Below, one piece after another: positions 49,206 to 62,508 of a stretch of DNA of 64,000 bases (positions are counted from its first letter, which is position 1; the number at the start of each line of letters is the position of its first letter). Under the pieces are notes generated by a model. It worked only from the letters and a program-made list of their open reading frames with translations, was not told the DNA's origin and made no database searches. A program made the translations under genes and the position numbers. Source of the stretch: Macrostomum lignano (lineage: Eukaryota); NCBI GenBank assembly GCA_002269645.1, contig NIVC01001482.1, forward strand, positions 186,001 through 250,000, in the 5' to 3' direction.

Positions 49206-50049
49206 ACAAGCAATAAAAACAGTGAGTCAAGTAGGAGGGAAAGACGCAGTTCTCAAGCAGTACACAGCAGACACAGAGCAGGAGCAAAAATACTTATTAT
49301 CAGTAGTCGCCTCTCTTCTACAATATTGGAAGTGCCGCAGGCTAAGGCAGCGTAGGACATCGACAAAAATCAGTCGCTCACTTCGGCTCCTTCCTCAGCA
49401 TCTGCTGGTAGTACAGCGGCCTCTGAAAAGATTAATTTTAGACAGAGGAGGTCGTTAGAGAGACAAATAATTGCCAAATTTATGGCTACTTTTATAAGCT
49501 ATGAAATTCATCACTACTCATTGTAGCTTCAATTGCCACCGCAATGAATTAATTTATCAACTGCACAAAAAAACAAATCAAGTATTAAATCGCTTTACTA
49601 CTTATTAACAGTAGTTATAGCCCTATTTAACAGTTAAAATTTAACTTGCCACTGTTACAGCGGCAATCAAAATCTGATTAAGAATTGATTGAATCAGACG
49701 CTACCAGTACACAAATCAAGGTCATTCGAATCCAATGCTATATACATAGTATTATATATTATTACTAATAGCTTCAATTCCGACGACCATAGCAAAGTGA
49801 CATAACCGATTTGCGCGACTTTGCTAATCCGGATTTTCGTTTCTGGCGACGACAAAAAAGTTGAAGAGAGAATAAAACTTGATAAGTGGATAATGATCAC
49901 GCACCCATGTTATTAAGCACTCTATTGTTAGCGAACGGCCCAGTATTAGACTCATTAATTAGAAACATAATGAGAAGTTATTTAGCACGAGCTCTAAAAC
50001 ACACTCAAAGTTAGAACACTAATGATTGTTGACTGCATCACTAACTATA

Positions 50050-53000
50050 TTAACAATAACTGTTGTCTCCATTTTCTGATTGAGAATCCGGATTAACAAC
50101 ATCATCTGACTGTTGTTGTTGTTGCTTTTGCTGCTGTTGTTGCTGCTTCCAGAAGGCAGACGAGCGAGCGGCGGCGGCGGCTCCACGCCCGCCTCTTGCT
50201 CCGCCTCGTCGGCTCCGTTTCCACGTGTGCTGATGCTGATGGCGCTGTAAAGCAGTGCGCTACTGTGCGAGCAACAGTGTCTATGGGGTGAAGCTGGACA
50301 CTGAGGATTCGAGCATCTGAAGCATCTGAGCACTTCCTGACCGATGCTTCAGGATTGGCTACTCCCTAACCAGATGCTTCAGGATTGGCTACTCCCTAAC
50401 CAGATGTTTCAGTATTGGCTACTCCCTAACCAGATGCTTCAGGATTGGCTACTCCCTAACCAGATGTTTCAGGATTGGCTACTCCCTAACCAGATGTTTC
50501 AGTATTGGCTACTCCCTAACCAGATGCTTCAGGATTGGCTACTTCCTAACCAGATGCTTCAGGATTGGCTACTCCCTAACCAGATGCTTCAGTATTGGCT
50601 ACTCCCTAACCAGATGCTTCAGGATTGGCTACTTCCTAACCAGATGCTTCAGGATTGGCTACTCCCTAACCAGATGTTTCAGGATTGGCTACTCCCTAAC
50701 CAGATGCTTCAGTATTGGCTACTCCCTAACCAGATGCTTCAGGATTGGCTACTTCCTAACCAGATGCTTCAGGATTGGCTACTCCCTAACCAGATGCTTC
50801 AGGATTGGCTAAAATGATGCTTCAGCATTGGCTACTTCCTAACCAGATGCTTCAGGATTGGCTAAAATGATGCTTCAGCATTGGCTACTTCCTAACCAGA
50901 TGCTTCAGGATTGGCTAAAATGATGCTACCCATTACAGTTGAAGAGAAACCTACATGCACAGAACCGGCAGCAGAGGAGGCTCCGGCTCGCTGCATCGAC
51001 TGCTGCTGCTGCTGCTGCTGCAACTGTGGAATGCCATGCAGACTGTACGGATGATGCTGCAAGTGCATTGGCGCCATCATGCCGGCCTGGTTGGCTGCGG
51101 CAAACTGCTGCTGCTGCTGCTGGTGATGCCGCTGCTGATTCAAGTAAGCGGCGGCTGCAGCGGCGGCAGCGGCCGAATGCGACTGCTGCGGCTGCGGAGG
51201 CGGGCTGGCCACCAAAGGCGCCGGAGGACTGACAACATACCTGCGAGTCTTCTCCATCTCTAGATCCTCCAGCTGCTGGGTGAGCGCCAGTTTCTGTTGG
51301 ATAGCCATTCGCAGCAGGGAATTAAGCGTCTTCTTCTCCTCTTCGGCGGCCTGCACCTGACGCTGCAGTTCGTCCATCTGGGTGACGTACTCCTCGCAGC
51401 GCTGAGCAAACATCGCCCGCAGGCTGGCAAACGTGGCGGCGTCTTCTTTTAAAGCGCGAAGTTCGCCGCGCAGTTTGAGCATAGTATCAGTTACTAGGCA
51501 CTTCTCGTTCTCGTATTTCTGTTTGAGATTGGCCAGCGCCACCTCCGCTGTGTTCTTATTGGTCTTGAGCACGCCTCGCAGAGCGGCAATCTGCTCTCGC
51601 TTGGCTAGCAGCACCGCCCGCAGCTTGGCATTCTGATCCCGCAGCTCCGCCATGTGCTCTGCCTCCGCTTCGCTGCCAACGTCGCCGCCGCCGTGTTCGC
51701 CGACGCCGCCGTTGCCACCGTCGCTGTTGGAGCTGCTTCTCCGTTCCAGCGCTTCAGCAAGATGTCGACGCAACAGACGGAGCAGGTCGCACTGCCGCTG
51801 CTGCTCCTGGGCCAGCTGTTCGGCCGCGTCCGCTGCCGTTGTGGCCGCCGCCACGGTGCCGGCATTGTCGACGTCTTCGTTTGTTGGCGTCGTTGGCGCC
51901 TCGTCGGCTGGGACCGAAGCTTCGAGACTCGGCTGCAGAAGGGAAGAAGGCAATGCAATAATCATTTCTCAGGTGGCGAAATCACACTTGAGATATCAGA
52001 CACTCAAACAGAGAAATCACTAACAGGATCTCTAATATCAATAGAATCTTGATAATCATCATTCCAGCCGGGGAAATCACTAATAGAACCTAGATAATCA
52101 TCATTCCAGTCGGAGAAATCACTAATAGAACTTAGATAATCATCATTCCAGTCGGAGAAATCACTAATAGAACCTAGATAATCATCATTCCAGTCGGAGA
52201 AATCACTAATAGAACCTAGATAATCATCATTCCAGTCGGAGAAATCACTAATAGAACCTAGATAATCATCATTCCAGTCGGGGAAATCACTAATAGAACC
52301 TAGATAATCATCATTCCAGTCGGAGATATCACTAATAGAACCCAGATAATCATCATTCCAGTCGGAGAAATCACTAATAGAACTTAGATAATCATCATTC
52401 CAGTCGGAGAAATCACTAATAGAACTTAGATAATCATCATTCCAGTCGGAGAAATCACTAATAGAACCCAGATAATCATCATTCCAGTCGGGGAAATCAC
52501 TAATAGAACCCAGATAATCATCATTCCAGCCGGGGAAATCACTAATAGAACCTAGATAATCATCATTCCAGTCGGAGAAATCACTAATAGAACCTAGATA
52601 ATCATCATTCCAGTCGGAGAAATCACTAATAGAACCTAGATAATCATCATTCCAGTCGGAGAAATCACTAATAGAACCCAGATAATCATCATTCCAGTCG
52701 GAGAAATCACTAATAGAACCTAGATAATCATCATTCCAGTCGGAGAAATCACTAATAGAACCTAGATAATCATCATTCCAGTCGGGAAACTCAGCAAGCC
52801 ACTCACCAAGCAAGCCGAGGCCAGTTCACCCAATCGTTTAGCAGGCTCTGCGCTATCCCTGGCGCAAGCGGCCACGTAGTCTTGCGCCAATTCAGTCAGC
52901 AGCCTGGCGCCTTCGACAAAACCGGCGCGCAAGCGACTGGCCGCAGCGGCGGCGCGTTTATCAGCGGCGCCAAGGCGATCGCGCAGATTGGCGGCTGCGC

Positions 53001-56000
53001 TCTCCTCGGCCGCGCACTTGTCTCTTAGCTGCATCAGCTCGGACACCAGTTCGGCTTCTTTGCGCGGCTCCGGGCCGGACAGCAGGTCTTCGCGTTCCTG
53101 GCGTCGCTTCAACTCCAACTGTAGCGAGGCAATCTGGCGCAGGGCCACCTGGTACTTGTGCTCCAGGACGCTGCGCTGCTGCTGCTTCGGGTCCGCGGTG
53201 CCGTCCGTCTCGGCGCTGGCCGCCGCTGCCGCTGCTGCGGCTTCCGCCGCCGCCGCCTCGGCTTCGAGAGTCTCCAGACGGGGCCGCAGCTCGGCCAGCT
53301 CGCGCTGAAGCCGTTCGGCTAAGCCGGCAGATTCGGCCTCGCTCCGTCTGGCAGTTTCCAGCTCCGACTCGACGTGGCGAAGCCGCTCCGACCACTGCCG
53401 ATCGGCGGATTGGCGCAGCTCGCTCAGCAGGTCGCCGCCGCTGACCGACTGCTGGGCCGACTCGTCCGCCTCTTCATCCGGTGACGCCGCCGAGCCTGGC
53501 GCTGCCGGCTCCACTACCGCTGCCGCGTCCGCGTGCCCGACCTCGTCGACTTCTTCAACATCGTCGGGTTCCTCGTAGCTTGGAGCGGCGCGCGCATGTT
53601 GGTCCTCGCTAGTTGCCGCCGCTGTTGCCTGAGCCTGCTGCTTGTGCTTTTGCTGCGGTTGCTGCTGCTGCTGCTGCTGCTTTGACGGGGCCGGCTTCTA
53701 CAGATTAATGGAGACATTTTATCATACTACTGCACTGATAAGTACTACTTTTTGCTTATCAGGAGTTTCACTGGATTTAAGCGTGGAACTAGGGGCTTAT
53801 GAACTAGACAGTAGACACACACTATAAGTCAGTTCCATATTCTATAAAAATATTCATAATTCCAATAATAAATATCCTGACAGATGGTGGCAAGTGGCAT
53901 TAATGGAGTGCGCTACACAGATGCTTGATAATACAGCCTATTTTTACTCCAAATAATCATTTAATTGCTGGCATATTGATTCGGTCTGCATTCGCGATAT
54001 CTGATGGGAGGAAAGGCCGAGATAGTACTAAATATATGTTAATTTGCGGCACTTGCTAAGTTGCTAATCTGTAACTGTAACTATGGATGGATGGATGGAT
54101 GGATGGATGGATGGATGGATGGATGGATGGGTGGGTGGATGGATGGATGGGTGGATGGATGGATGGGTGGGTGGATGGGTGGATGGATGGATGGGTGGAT
54201 GGATGGATGGATGGGTGGATGGATGGATGGGTGAATGGATGGATCGATAGATGGATGGGTGGATGGGTGGATGGATGGATGGATGGGTGGGTGGATGGAT
54301 GGATGGATGGGTGGGTGGATGGGTGGATGGATGGATGGGTGGATGGATGGATGGATGGGTGGATGAATGGATGGGTGAATGGATGGATGAATGGATGGAT
54401 GGGTGGATGGGTGAATGGATGAATGGATGGATGGATGGATGGGTGGATGGATGGATGGATGGATGGGTGGATGGATGGATGGGTGGATGGATGGATGGGT
54501 GGATGGGTGGATGGATGGATGGGTGGATGGGTGAATGGATGAATGGATGGATGGATGGATGGGTGGATGGATGGATGGGTGGATGGATGGGTGGATGGAT
54601 GGATGGGTGGATGGATGGATGGATGGATGGATGGATGGATGGATGGATGGGTGGATAGATGGATGGATGGATGGGTGGATGGATGGATGGATGGGTGGAT
54701 GGATGGGTGAATGGATCGATGGATGGGTGGATGGATGGATGGATGGATGGATGGATGGATGGATGGATGGATGGGTGGATAGATGGATGGGTGGATGGGT
54801 GGATAGATGGATGGATGGATGGGTGGATAGATGGATGGATGGATGGGTGGATAGATGGATGGATGGATGGGTGGATAGATGGATGGATGGATGGGTGGAT
54901 AGATGGATGGATGGATGGGTGGATAGATGGATGGGTGGATGGGTGGATGGATGGATGGATGGATGGATGGATGGATGGATGGATGGATGGATGGATGGAT
55001 GGGTGGATAGATGGATGGATGGATGGATGGATGGATGGATGGATGGATGGATGGATGGATGGATGGATGGATGGATGGGTGGATGGATCGATGGATGGGT
55101 GGATGGATGGATGGGTGGATGGGTGGATGGGTGGATGGATGGATGGGTGGATGGGTGGATGGGTGGATGGATCGATGGATGGGTGGATGGATGGATGGAT
55201 GGGTGGATGGGTGGATGGGTGGATGGATGGATGGGTGGATGGATGGATGGATAGATGGATGGATGGGTGGATGGGTAGATGACTAGATGGATGGATGGAT
55301 GGATGGGTGGATGGGTAGATGACTAGATGGATGGATGGATGGATGGATGGGTGGATGGGTAGATGACTAGATGGATGGATGGATGGGTGGATGGATGGAT
55401 GGGTGGATGGGTGGGTGGATGGATGGGTGGATGGATGGATGGATGGATGGGTGGATGGATGGATGGATGGATGGGTGGATGGATGCAGTAGAAATGCATC
55501 AGCCAGACTTGTGAACAGTCAAGTCTCAAAGAATTAAACACAAGAATCAGCCAGTTAATTAATTACACAAGCCGCTAAACTTATCCATCAGTAATCAAAA
55601 TTAATTAACGAATTCGCCACAGTTTTGAATAACAAGCAGCCGCAGGTGAATCCAACCCACCTGTTTAGCCCCGGTCGCGGCGGCAACAACTGCAGTGGCC
55701 GAATTGAAAGACGATTCCAGATTCCGCGACAAGTTGCTCAGCTGCATCAGGCTGTCGGTGTTCAGCCGGGTGTCTAGCTCCCTCCGCAGAGAGTGCTTGG
55801 CCTCCCGTTCCATCTGCAGAGACTCCAGCGCCTCAGCTAGATTTCGCTCGGAGATGGAGCGCAGTTTTCCAGCCTCCTCTAGCTGGCTGGCTAGAATCTC
55901 AGTCTCCTCAGCTAGGCGCTTGCAGTCGTGCTGCATCAGGTGATAATCCACCAGCATTCGCTTGGCCTCCTGCAGCTGCTTCTGCAGTCCAATGTTGTCT

Positions 56001-57790
56001 TCTTCGAGCTCCGAGTAGTCAGCCTGACAGCGAGTCTCTCTAGCTTTGGTCTCTTTCAACTCGTCGCGCAGCAGTTTCTTATCGGCTTCGAGGCGTCGGA
56101 TTGACTCGGTTAGGCTGGCCGCCTCCTCGGTGAGCCGGTCCGCGTCTGCCTGCTTTCGTTCCAGCTGGATTGTGCGCGACTTCAGCTCCGACTCCAGCTC
56201 GCTGATGGCCGCCTGAAGGCCCTGCTCGCGGCTGGCTGACTCGCTGATCAGAGTGTCCTCGTCTGCTTGGCCTTCTTGGGCCTGCCGCTTCTGGTGCAGC
56301 TTGCGCTGTTGCAGAGCCTTGGAATCGGGTAGATTGAAGAGTTTGTAGTCAGTTATTGAAGATAGAATTGGATCCTGATCTCAAAGTCCAAAAAATCCTA
56401 TAGATTTGGGCTTTTTGTATCATAGTGTGTGTCATGACACATCAACTTTCATTATGGCATCTTAAATTTTCATTTTTTATAGTTTCTATTTTGGATTTTG
56501 GATTTATCAATAATTTTATAACTATTGAGATTTGTGGGATTTTAATAATTTTTTATGTTATCAAATTGTATCATCTATAAAAATGAAATCTATAGACTTC
56601 TGCAACTTCTATAAGTCAGGCTTAGTAATAAAATTGGCAAAGTATTGTTTAATTGTTTGATTAATTCCAACTAGTATCCTAGTTTTCAGTTTGACATCTT
56701 AAATTTAGATCTAGGATATCAAAGTCTATCCAAATAGTACTATGATTCTATTGCTTAAAATAGCTAGTCTATAAATATTATATTAGACTAGTCACACTAA
56801 TACTGGTAAAAAATACTAGTTAATTACTTCTTAATCTAAAGACTAAATATAAATAGTATAGAATTGATAAAAAAGTTGATGAATCTTTATATTTTAAATT
56901 AGATTTATTCTATTTCTATTTAGCTTGAAAAAAATTAAAAAGCTACTAAGATTACTAACAACTGATATTAATAAACTAAAGTAATGTCATTTCAAATTTA
57001 TTCTTCTAGATCTTTAAACTAGATAGCCAGTTTTTTTATGTTTTTATTTTATAAATAAAATCATATATAATCATAATAGATCATATATTAAAATATTTAA
57101 TTTAAAGATGCTCAACTAATTTCATATGACTTCATATTTAATTTATTATTTAAAATCTAAATAAAATTTTATTCTAATGGCTAAACTAAACCTAATATTA
57201 ATAAGTATTATTGTATACTAGTATTAATGTATATAAGACAATATAAAAAAATCTATTAGTTATTATATCTTATAAATATATATATATATTGTACCTAAAA
57301 CTCATATAATGAAGCCAGAAGCCTTGAAACTAGATAGACTCTAGATATACTAGAACTAAGGATTTAATATAAATCCTAATAATCCTAATAATAACATTAA
57401 TTATTATCATTGATTGAGTTTTGACCTTGTCCTTGTCTTTGGCTTAATGACATTGTTTACAATGATTAGGACTACGACTATTAGCATAAGCCACATAGCT
57501 GATTTAAAAAAACAAGAAATGGTGGAATATAAAAAAGTATAGGCATATCGAATACAGGTAAAAAATTAACATACCTCCCTTGCCAGCTCTAGCTCTTGTT
57601 TTAAAATATCAGCATGATTTTCTGTCTCTGCTAAGGACTGTTTGAGGCGTCCAATTTCTTCTAAAAGTGCGAGGCCATGTTGAGCAGCCTGTATTTTTTC
57701 ATTCACTGCACTATCGAGTTCATTCTGTAACCTTGTATTTTCTTCCTTTGTCGATGCCAGTTCACACCTCAAATCATCTTCAACTGTCAT
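50050..57790 (-). CDS. BICD: Bicaudal-D family dynein adaptor (3' exon structure uncertain)
   Basis: Exons 57790-57575, 56317-55661, 53697-52807, 51932-(51241, 50937 or 50892), possible last exon 50244-50050. Motifs [113 protein letters not shown]. Confidence 0.93.
50343..50920. repeat. 30-bp minisatellite at the BICD 3' end
   Basis: Unit CAGATG(C/T)TTCAG(G/T)ATTGGCTACT(C/T)CCTAAC. Confidence 0.95.
52015..52790. repeat. 42-bp minisatellite in BICD intron
   Basis: Unit AATCACTAATAGAACCTAGATAATCATCATTCCAGTCGGAGA. Confidence 0.96.
54085..55485. repeat. (GGAT/GGGT)n microsatellite in BICD intron
   Basis: Direct inspection. Confidence 0.97.
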
Positions 57791-58409
57791 GCTGACTGTC
57801 GCGTCGGTTCAAAATATGATGCAAGACTATCAAGACTGAAATGATATTTATTTGTTATTTGTCAAATAAATATTAAAAATCTATGCTCAAAAATTCAACT
57901 ACAGCAGTAAAAACACTATAAAAATCTAACTGAAAGGTAAAACGCCAGCCAGCTAACCCAACTTGTTTGTTTGCAGAAGACCTGAATAAAAACTTTAGAT
58001 TGTTCAGTGATTTTCTATGTTAAATTTTTGTGATGAACCATTAGATTACTTAAACAAAATTATAAGCAGACTTAAAGCCAAATTAAAAAATCTATAACTT
58101 AGATTTTACTTTACAATATTTATTTCGATTTAAGTTACCTTTGAGAAACCTATAACGCTTTAAACTTTTATCTTTTAAAGTTGAACTCTAAGAATGCACA
58201 AGTTTCGCATGCATTATACTGATGCTTGGCTTTTCTGAGTCTTGGAAGCTAAGGCTACCAGCTGATATAATAGTTCATGTTGTTCTCAATTCCATTCCAC
58301 TAAATTTTTTGTCTAATGTGCCTAAGCCTACGCATGACTGCCCTTCTGGGTCCGCTTCGCTGCCCCCCTCCCAAGCGAAACGCGCGCCCAGGAGTCCCTG
58401 ATGACTGCG

Positions 58410-58725
58410 GGCTATAGGGAGAGAGGATAGGGAATAGAGAAGAGAAATACGAGCGTAGGAGAAAGGAGAGTTGAAGGAATAAAGGAGAAGAGAGTAGACG
58501 AGAAGAGAGATAAAATAGGAGAGTAGAGAAGGGAAGGGAGAAGAGTATGGAGAGGAAACGGGAGATGAGAGGAGAGGAGAGAGGTGAGGAGAGGATAGGG
58601 GAGGAGAAGATAGGAAAGGAGAGGAGAGAGAGGAGAGGAGAGGAGAGGAGAGGAGAGGAGAGGAGAGGAGACGACAGTAGAATATGAGAAGAGAGAGGTG
58701 AGGGAAGAGAGCTGAGAAGAGACAC
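58410..58725. repeat. AG-rich low-complexity tract
   Basis: (GAGAG/GGAGA)n. Confidence 0.85.
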
Positions 58726-58734
58726 AAACATCGA

Positions 58735-58827
58735 GCGGGCTATTGTGAAGATTCAAAGGACCTAAGGGCCGGATAGAGAGGCTTTGCGGGCCACATTTGG
58801 CCCTCAGGCCGGAGTTTGCCAACCCCT
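58735..58827 (+). mobile_element. Right terminus of a hAT/Charlie-like MITE
   Basis: GCGGGCCACATTTGGCCCTCAGGCCGGAGTTTGCCAACCCCTG resembles remembered Charlie-type ends; left end not found. Confidence 0.5.
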
Positions 58828-59463
58828 GTTTTACTCGTAGTATTCAGCCCTTTTAGCGCTCGTACTTTGGCGTCTCTGGTCGAAATTGCGAGTCCGCCGC
58901 AATCCCAAGACTAAAACCGCTGCTGGCGCTGCAACTAAAAGCACTAAAATGCCGTCAGATAACAGAATAAAGAGACAGCGCCAAGAGAAACTGAAGGAGG
59001 CAGCCAAGAGATCCAGAAAATTACTGGTCTTGCCCTGGCAATTTTCGTTCATTTGAGATATTTACTAAATTAATTGATAGTGCAGTGCAGTTGCGCAATG
59101 TTTGAATTAGTTCAAAAGTCGAACATTTTTCAGACTTTTGGCCACTTCCAACACAGAATTGAATAATGGCCTGGTTGTCACGATTAATCGTCACAAACTG
59201 ACATAACAGCAGGAGTTAGGGTGCCCTTAGAAAAAAAAAATCATGTGCAATGTGCCCTCCCACCAATAGCCCCCCCCCCACTTTGAAATATGTTCCGACA
59301 CCGCTGTACATAACGTAAGTACTTAATTTGAATATGCATCTTCGTCAAAATCAATAAATGCATAAAAACAGAATGCCGAACAAATAACAAATATCTCATT
59401 CGACAGTAAGTACTGGCCCCGTCGAGCTCCTCCTCGCTCGAAGCATACAAAGGTACATGTAAC

Positions 59464-59510
59464 CAAGGACCACTAGAAGTTACCGTAACGGTAACTTCTA
59501 GTGGTCCTTG
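59464..59510. repeat. Perfect 47-bp palindrome (23-bp arms, 1-nt centre)
   Basis: CAAGGACCACTAGAAGTTACCGT-A-ACGGTAACTTCTAGTGGTCCTTG. Confidence 0.95.
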
Positions 59511-59779
59511 CATGTAACATGTTCGTACAAATTGTACATGTATAGTGCATGCATGTATATCTGCTGTACATGCAGGAACATCGGCGCAAAGGGGGAAGGG
59601 ACAACATCCCCCCAGCAGAAATTATTGAGAAAGCTAATTTTTCGAGAGGCTGTGTTTTCTAGCACCCCAGCCTCATCTTCTACATACATGTACGTTTCCT
59701 GTTTTCATCGTAACCAAATGCACACCTAAAAATTGTTGACGGAGGAGTACTCGTCCCGTTGGAAAAGTTATGCACCTGT

Positions 59780-60770
59780 GTAGGCATAAAAAGTGAGCGA
59801 GGTGCACAAAAGAGGCACTTTAGTGGCCTATTTTGTGTGTGCTTTGGAAATGCACCTGAGTGCACCTTTTATGCCTAAATGTCACCAATATTTTTGAAAA
59901 GAGGCATGAAAGGTGTACAATCGGTGAAGTGGTCAGGCAGTAGGTGAATTCTCAATTTTGATTGGTTGCGGCGGTAGGGGCAGTAAAGGGGCACTGGAGG
60001 TGCGCAAAAGGTGAACAGCAGGCTCACAAGTGAGGCACAGCAGGTGCAGGAAAGGTGCTGAAGGGGCGCAGAAAGTGCACAAAAGGTGAATTAGAGGTGC
60101 AAAAGGTGTACATGTGCAGCGTAAATATGTATACAGGTGCATTTCCAAAACACGCTCGAAATAGACCCCTAAAGTGCCTCTTTTGTGCACCTCGCTCACC
60201 TTCCGCATTAAGAATTCGTAACAAAAATTAACTGAGAGTTACATACTCGTACATTGCACGCACACATTAAACATAGAAAAGCTTTATTTACACCTATACT
60301 AATCGCTGCTATCCCCTTCCTGATCCTGACAAACCACGAAAGCAAACATTTCCTATACTGATAAGTTTTAATGACTTTCAAATACTCAGGAAACGCTCCG
60401 AAAAGTGATGAAAAGTTTTGCATTAGTGAGGAAAAGTTTTGATTCTGTTCAAAGAATAGTAAGGAAAAGTAGCAAAGAACTTTCACAAGTTGGAACGCCC
60501 CTTGCATTGCTTCTACGCCTAAAGTGCCCACTGTGCACCTTTTATTCACCTTTCGTGCCTCCAATGCACACTATGCACCTTTAATGCACCCAACTCTCCT
60601 ATGACACCTGTGCCCCTACCGCCTATTTCGTGCCTTAAATTTACCTCCTGACCCTGCAGAGGCACTCAGGTGAACACGCGGTGCACAAGTGGCACAAAAT
60701 AAGCATAAAAGAGGCGAAAGTGAGGCAGAAGGTGCAAAACTCTTCACCTTTCATGCCTACTTTAAAAACT
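59780..60770. repeat. Nested inverted-repeat (foldback-like) region
   Basis: About 59784-59858 is inverted at 60135-60208; AGGCATGAAAGGTG (about 59900) and GCGGTAGGGGCA (about 59969) are inverted near 60745 and 60612; recurring AGGTGCA/TGCACCT motif. Confidence 0.7.
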
Positions 60771-61473
60771 CAAAATCCAGCGGGCGTACTTGAAAGAAGT
60801 TATTTAGACAGGTATAAAGTAAAAGAGAGCTAAATTTGGAATTTTCAGGACGTAGAATCTCGCATATGGCGCCAACAAAACTTTTCATTTATAAATCTTT
60901 TTTGTCATTTGCCAACCCAATAATTACATGTAAGGGATTCCCCTGTACTCGCATACCCCCACCCTGATCAGTTCCGACCCAACGACTACCGAGAACATTT
61001 TACCGGTTACAACAGCAGAAGCATTTCGACCTTTTTGTAGCCGAATCGTATTGCCAATAGACGTTGTAGCCCTAGGACGTAACCGCTGAGGCTGACCGGC
61101 GAGGCGCGATGTGGTGGAAGGTGCGTACTCGGCGTTTTTCGACTGGCCGCGGATAGTGACCCGATGCGGCCGGATTCTATTAGTAGGGCAGCCTATAGTT
61201 GCGGCCTGCCATGCCATGCAGAGCTGGAGTCGCCGACGGCGCAACAGGTCGGTTGAACAGCTGGTCATGTCGAAGCGGTGAAAAAGTGCCGCACTGGTGA
61301 CTTACTCGTTGTCACAGCTGTGTAGCAACTTTTATATACATATATATCGGAAATCGGTGCGTTGAACACAAATTAAAACACCTGTAGGGTCTTCTTGAAA
61401 TCTAAGAAGCTAACAGTCAGGAACGCTGGGGCATGTCCATTGATCCTAATGAGGCCTCATCGATGACTCGAAA

Positions 61474-62508
61474 CAGCGTCGCCATGGATTTTATGGTGGG
61501 GGGGGGGGGGACAAAACCAAGAATTCTACACAGAATGCACATAACTAAATTCCTACATGTACATTATTTTCACTCATTCACTCATTGCACTCATTATTTT
61601 CAGAAATCAGTGTTGTCAGCACGATCATTTTTGCACCACAGACATTCATTTTGGCGCTGCAGGCACTCATTTTGGCACTGCAGGCACTCATTTTAGGGCC
61701 GCATGCACTCATTTTAGCGCCGCATGCACTCATTTTAGGGCCGCATGCACTCATTTTAGCGCCGCATGCACTCATTTTAGCGCCGCATGCACTCATTTTA
61801 GCGCCGCATGCACTCATTTTAGCGCCGCAAGCACTCATTTTAGCGCCGCAAGCACTCATTTTAGCGCCGCATGCACTCATTTTAGCGCCGCATGCACTCA
61901 TTTTAGCGCCGCATGCACTCATTTTGGCGCCGCAGACACTCATTTTGGCGCCGCAGACACTCATTTTGGCGCTGCAGGCACTCATTTTGGCACTGCAGGC
62001 ACTCATTTTAGCGCCGCAGGCACTCATTTTGGCACTGCAGGCACTCATTTTAGCGCCGCATGCACTCATTTTAGCGCCGCATGCACTCATTTTAGGGCCG
62101 CATGCACTCATTTTAGCGCCGCATGCACTCATTTTAGCGCCGCATGTACTCATTTTAGCGCCGCATGCACTCATTTTAGCGCCGCATGCACTCATTTTAG
62201 CGCTGCAGGCACTCATTCTAGCGCCACAGGCAATCATTTTACCACCGCATGCTCTCACTTTAGCGCCGCAAGCACTCATTTTTTGGCGCTGCAGGCACTC
62301 ATTTTGGTGCCGCAAGCACTCATTTTTTGACGTCGCAGGCACTCATTTTGGCGCTGCAGGCGCTATGTTTGGTCGCCCTTCAGCAAAATTATTGATTTCC
62401 ATATCGGGTCACAAGGTGGGGTGGGGGACACAGAGCATTGGCATGTCTTCCATATCTTTTACTGGGGGACATGTCCCGCCAGTCCCCCCCCCGGTAGCGA
62501 CGCCCCTA
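61474..62508. mobile_element. Satellite-carrying MITE (8-bp TSD) with the same 21-bp satellite as 1290-2600
   Basis: Ends CAGCGTCGCCATGG and (reverse complement) TAGGGGCGTCGCTACCGG; flanks ACTCGAAA (61466-61473) and ACTCTAAA (62509-62516); array GCACTCATTTTAGCGCCGCAT at about 61645-62365. Confidence 0.78.

Noticed and set aside
52004-52813. [14 protein letters not shown] repeat ORF
   Set aside because: A 42-bp minisatellite inside a BICD intron bounded by canonical splice sites.
58949-59056. Short plus-strand ORF MPSDNRIKRQRQEKLKEAAKRSRKLL resembling a hAT transposase N-terminus
   Set aside because: Too short and generic, with no downstream transposase sequence.
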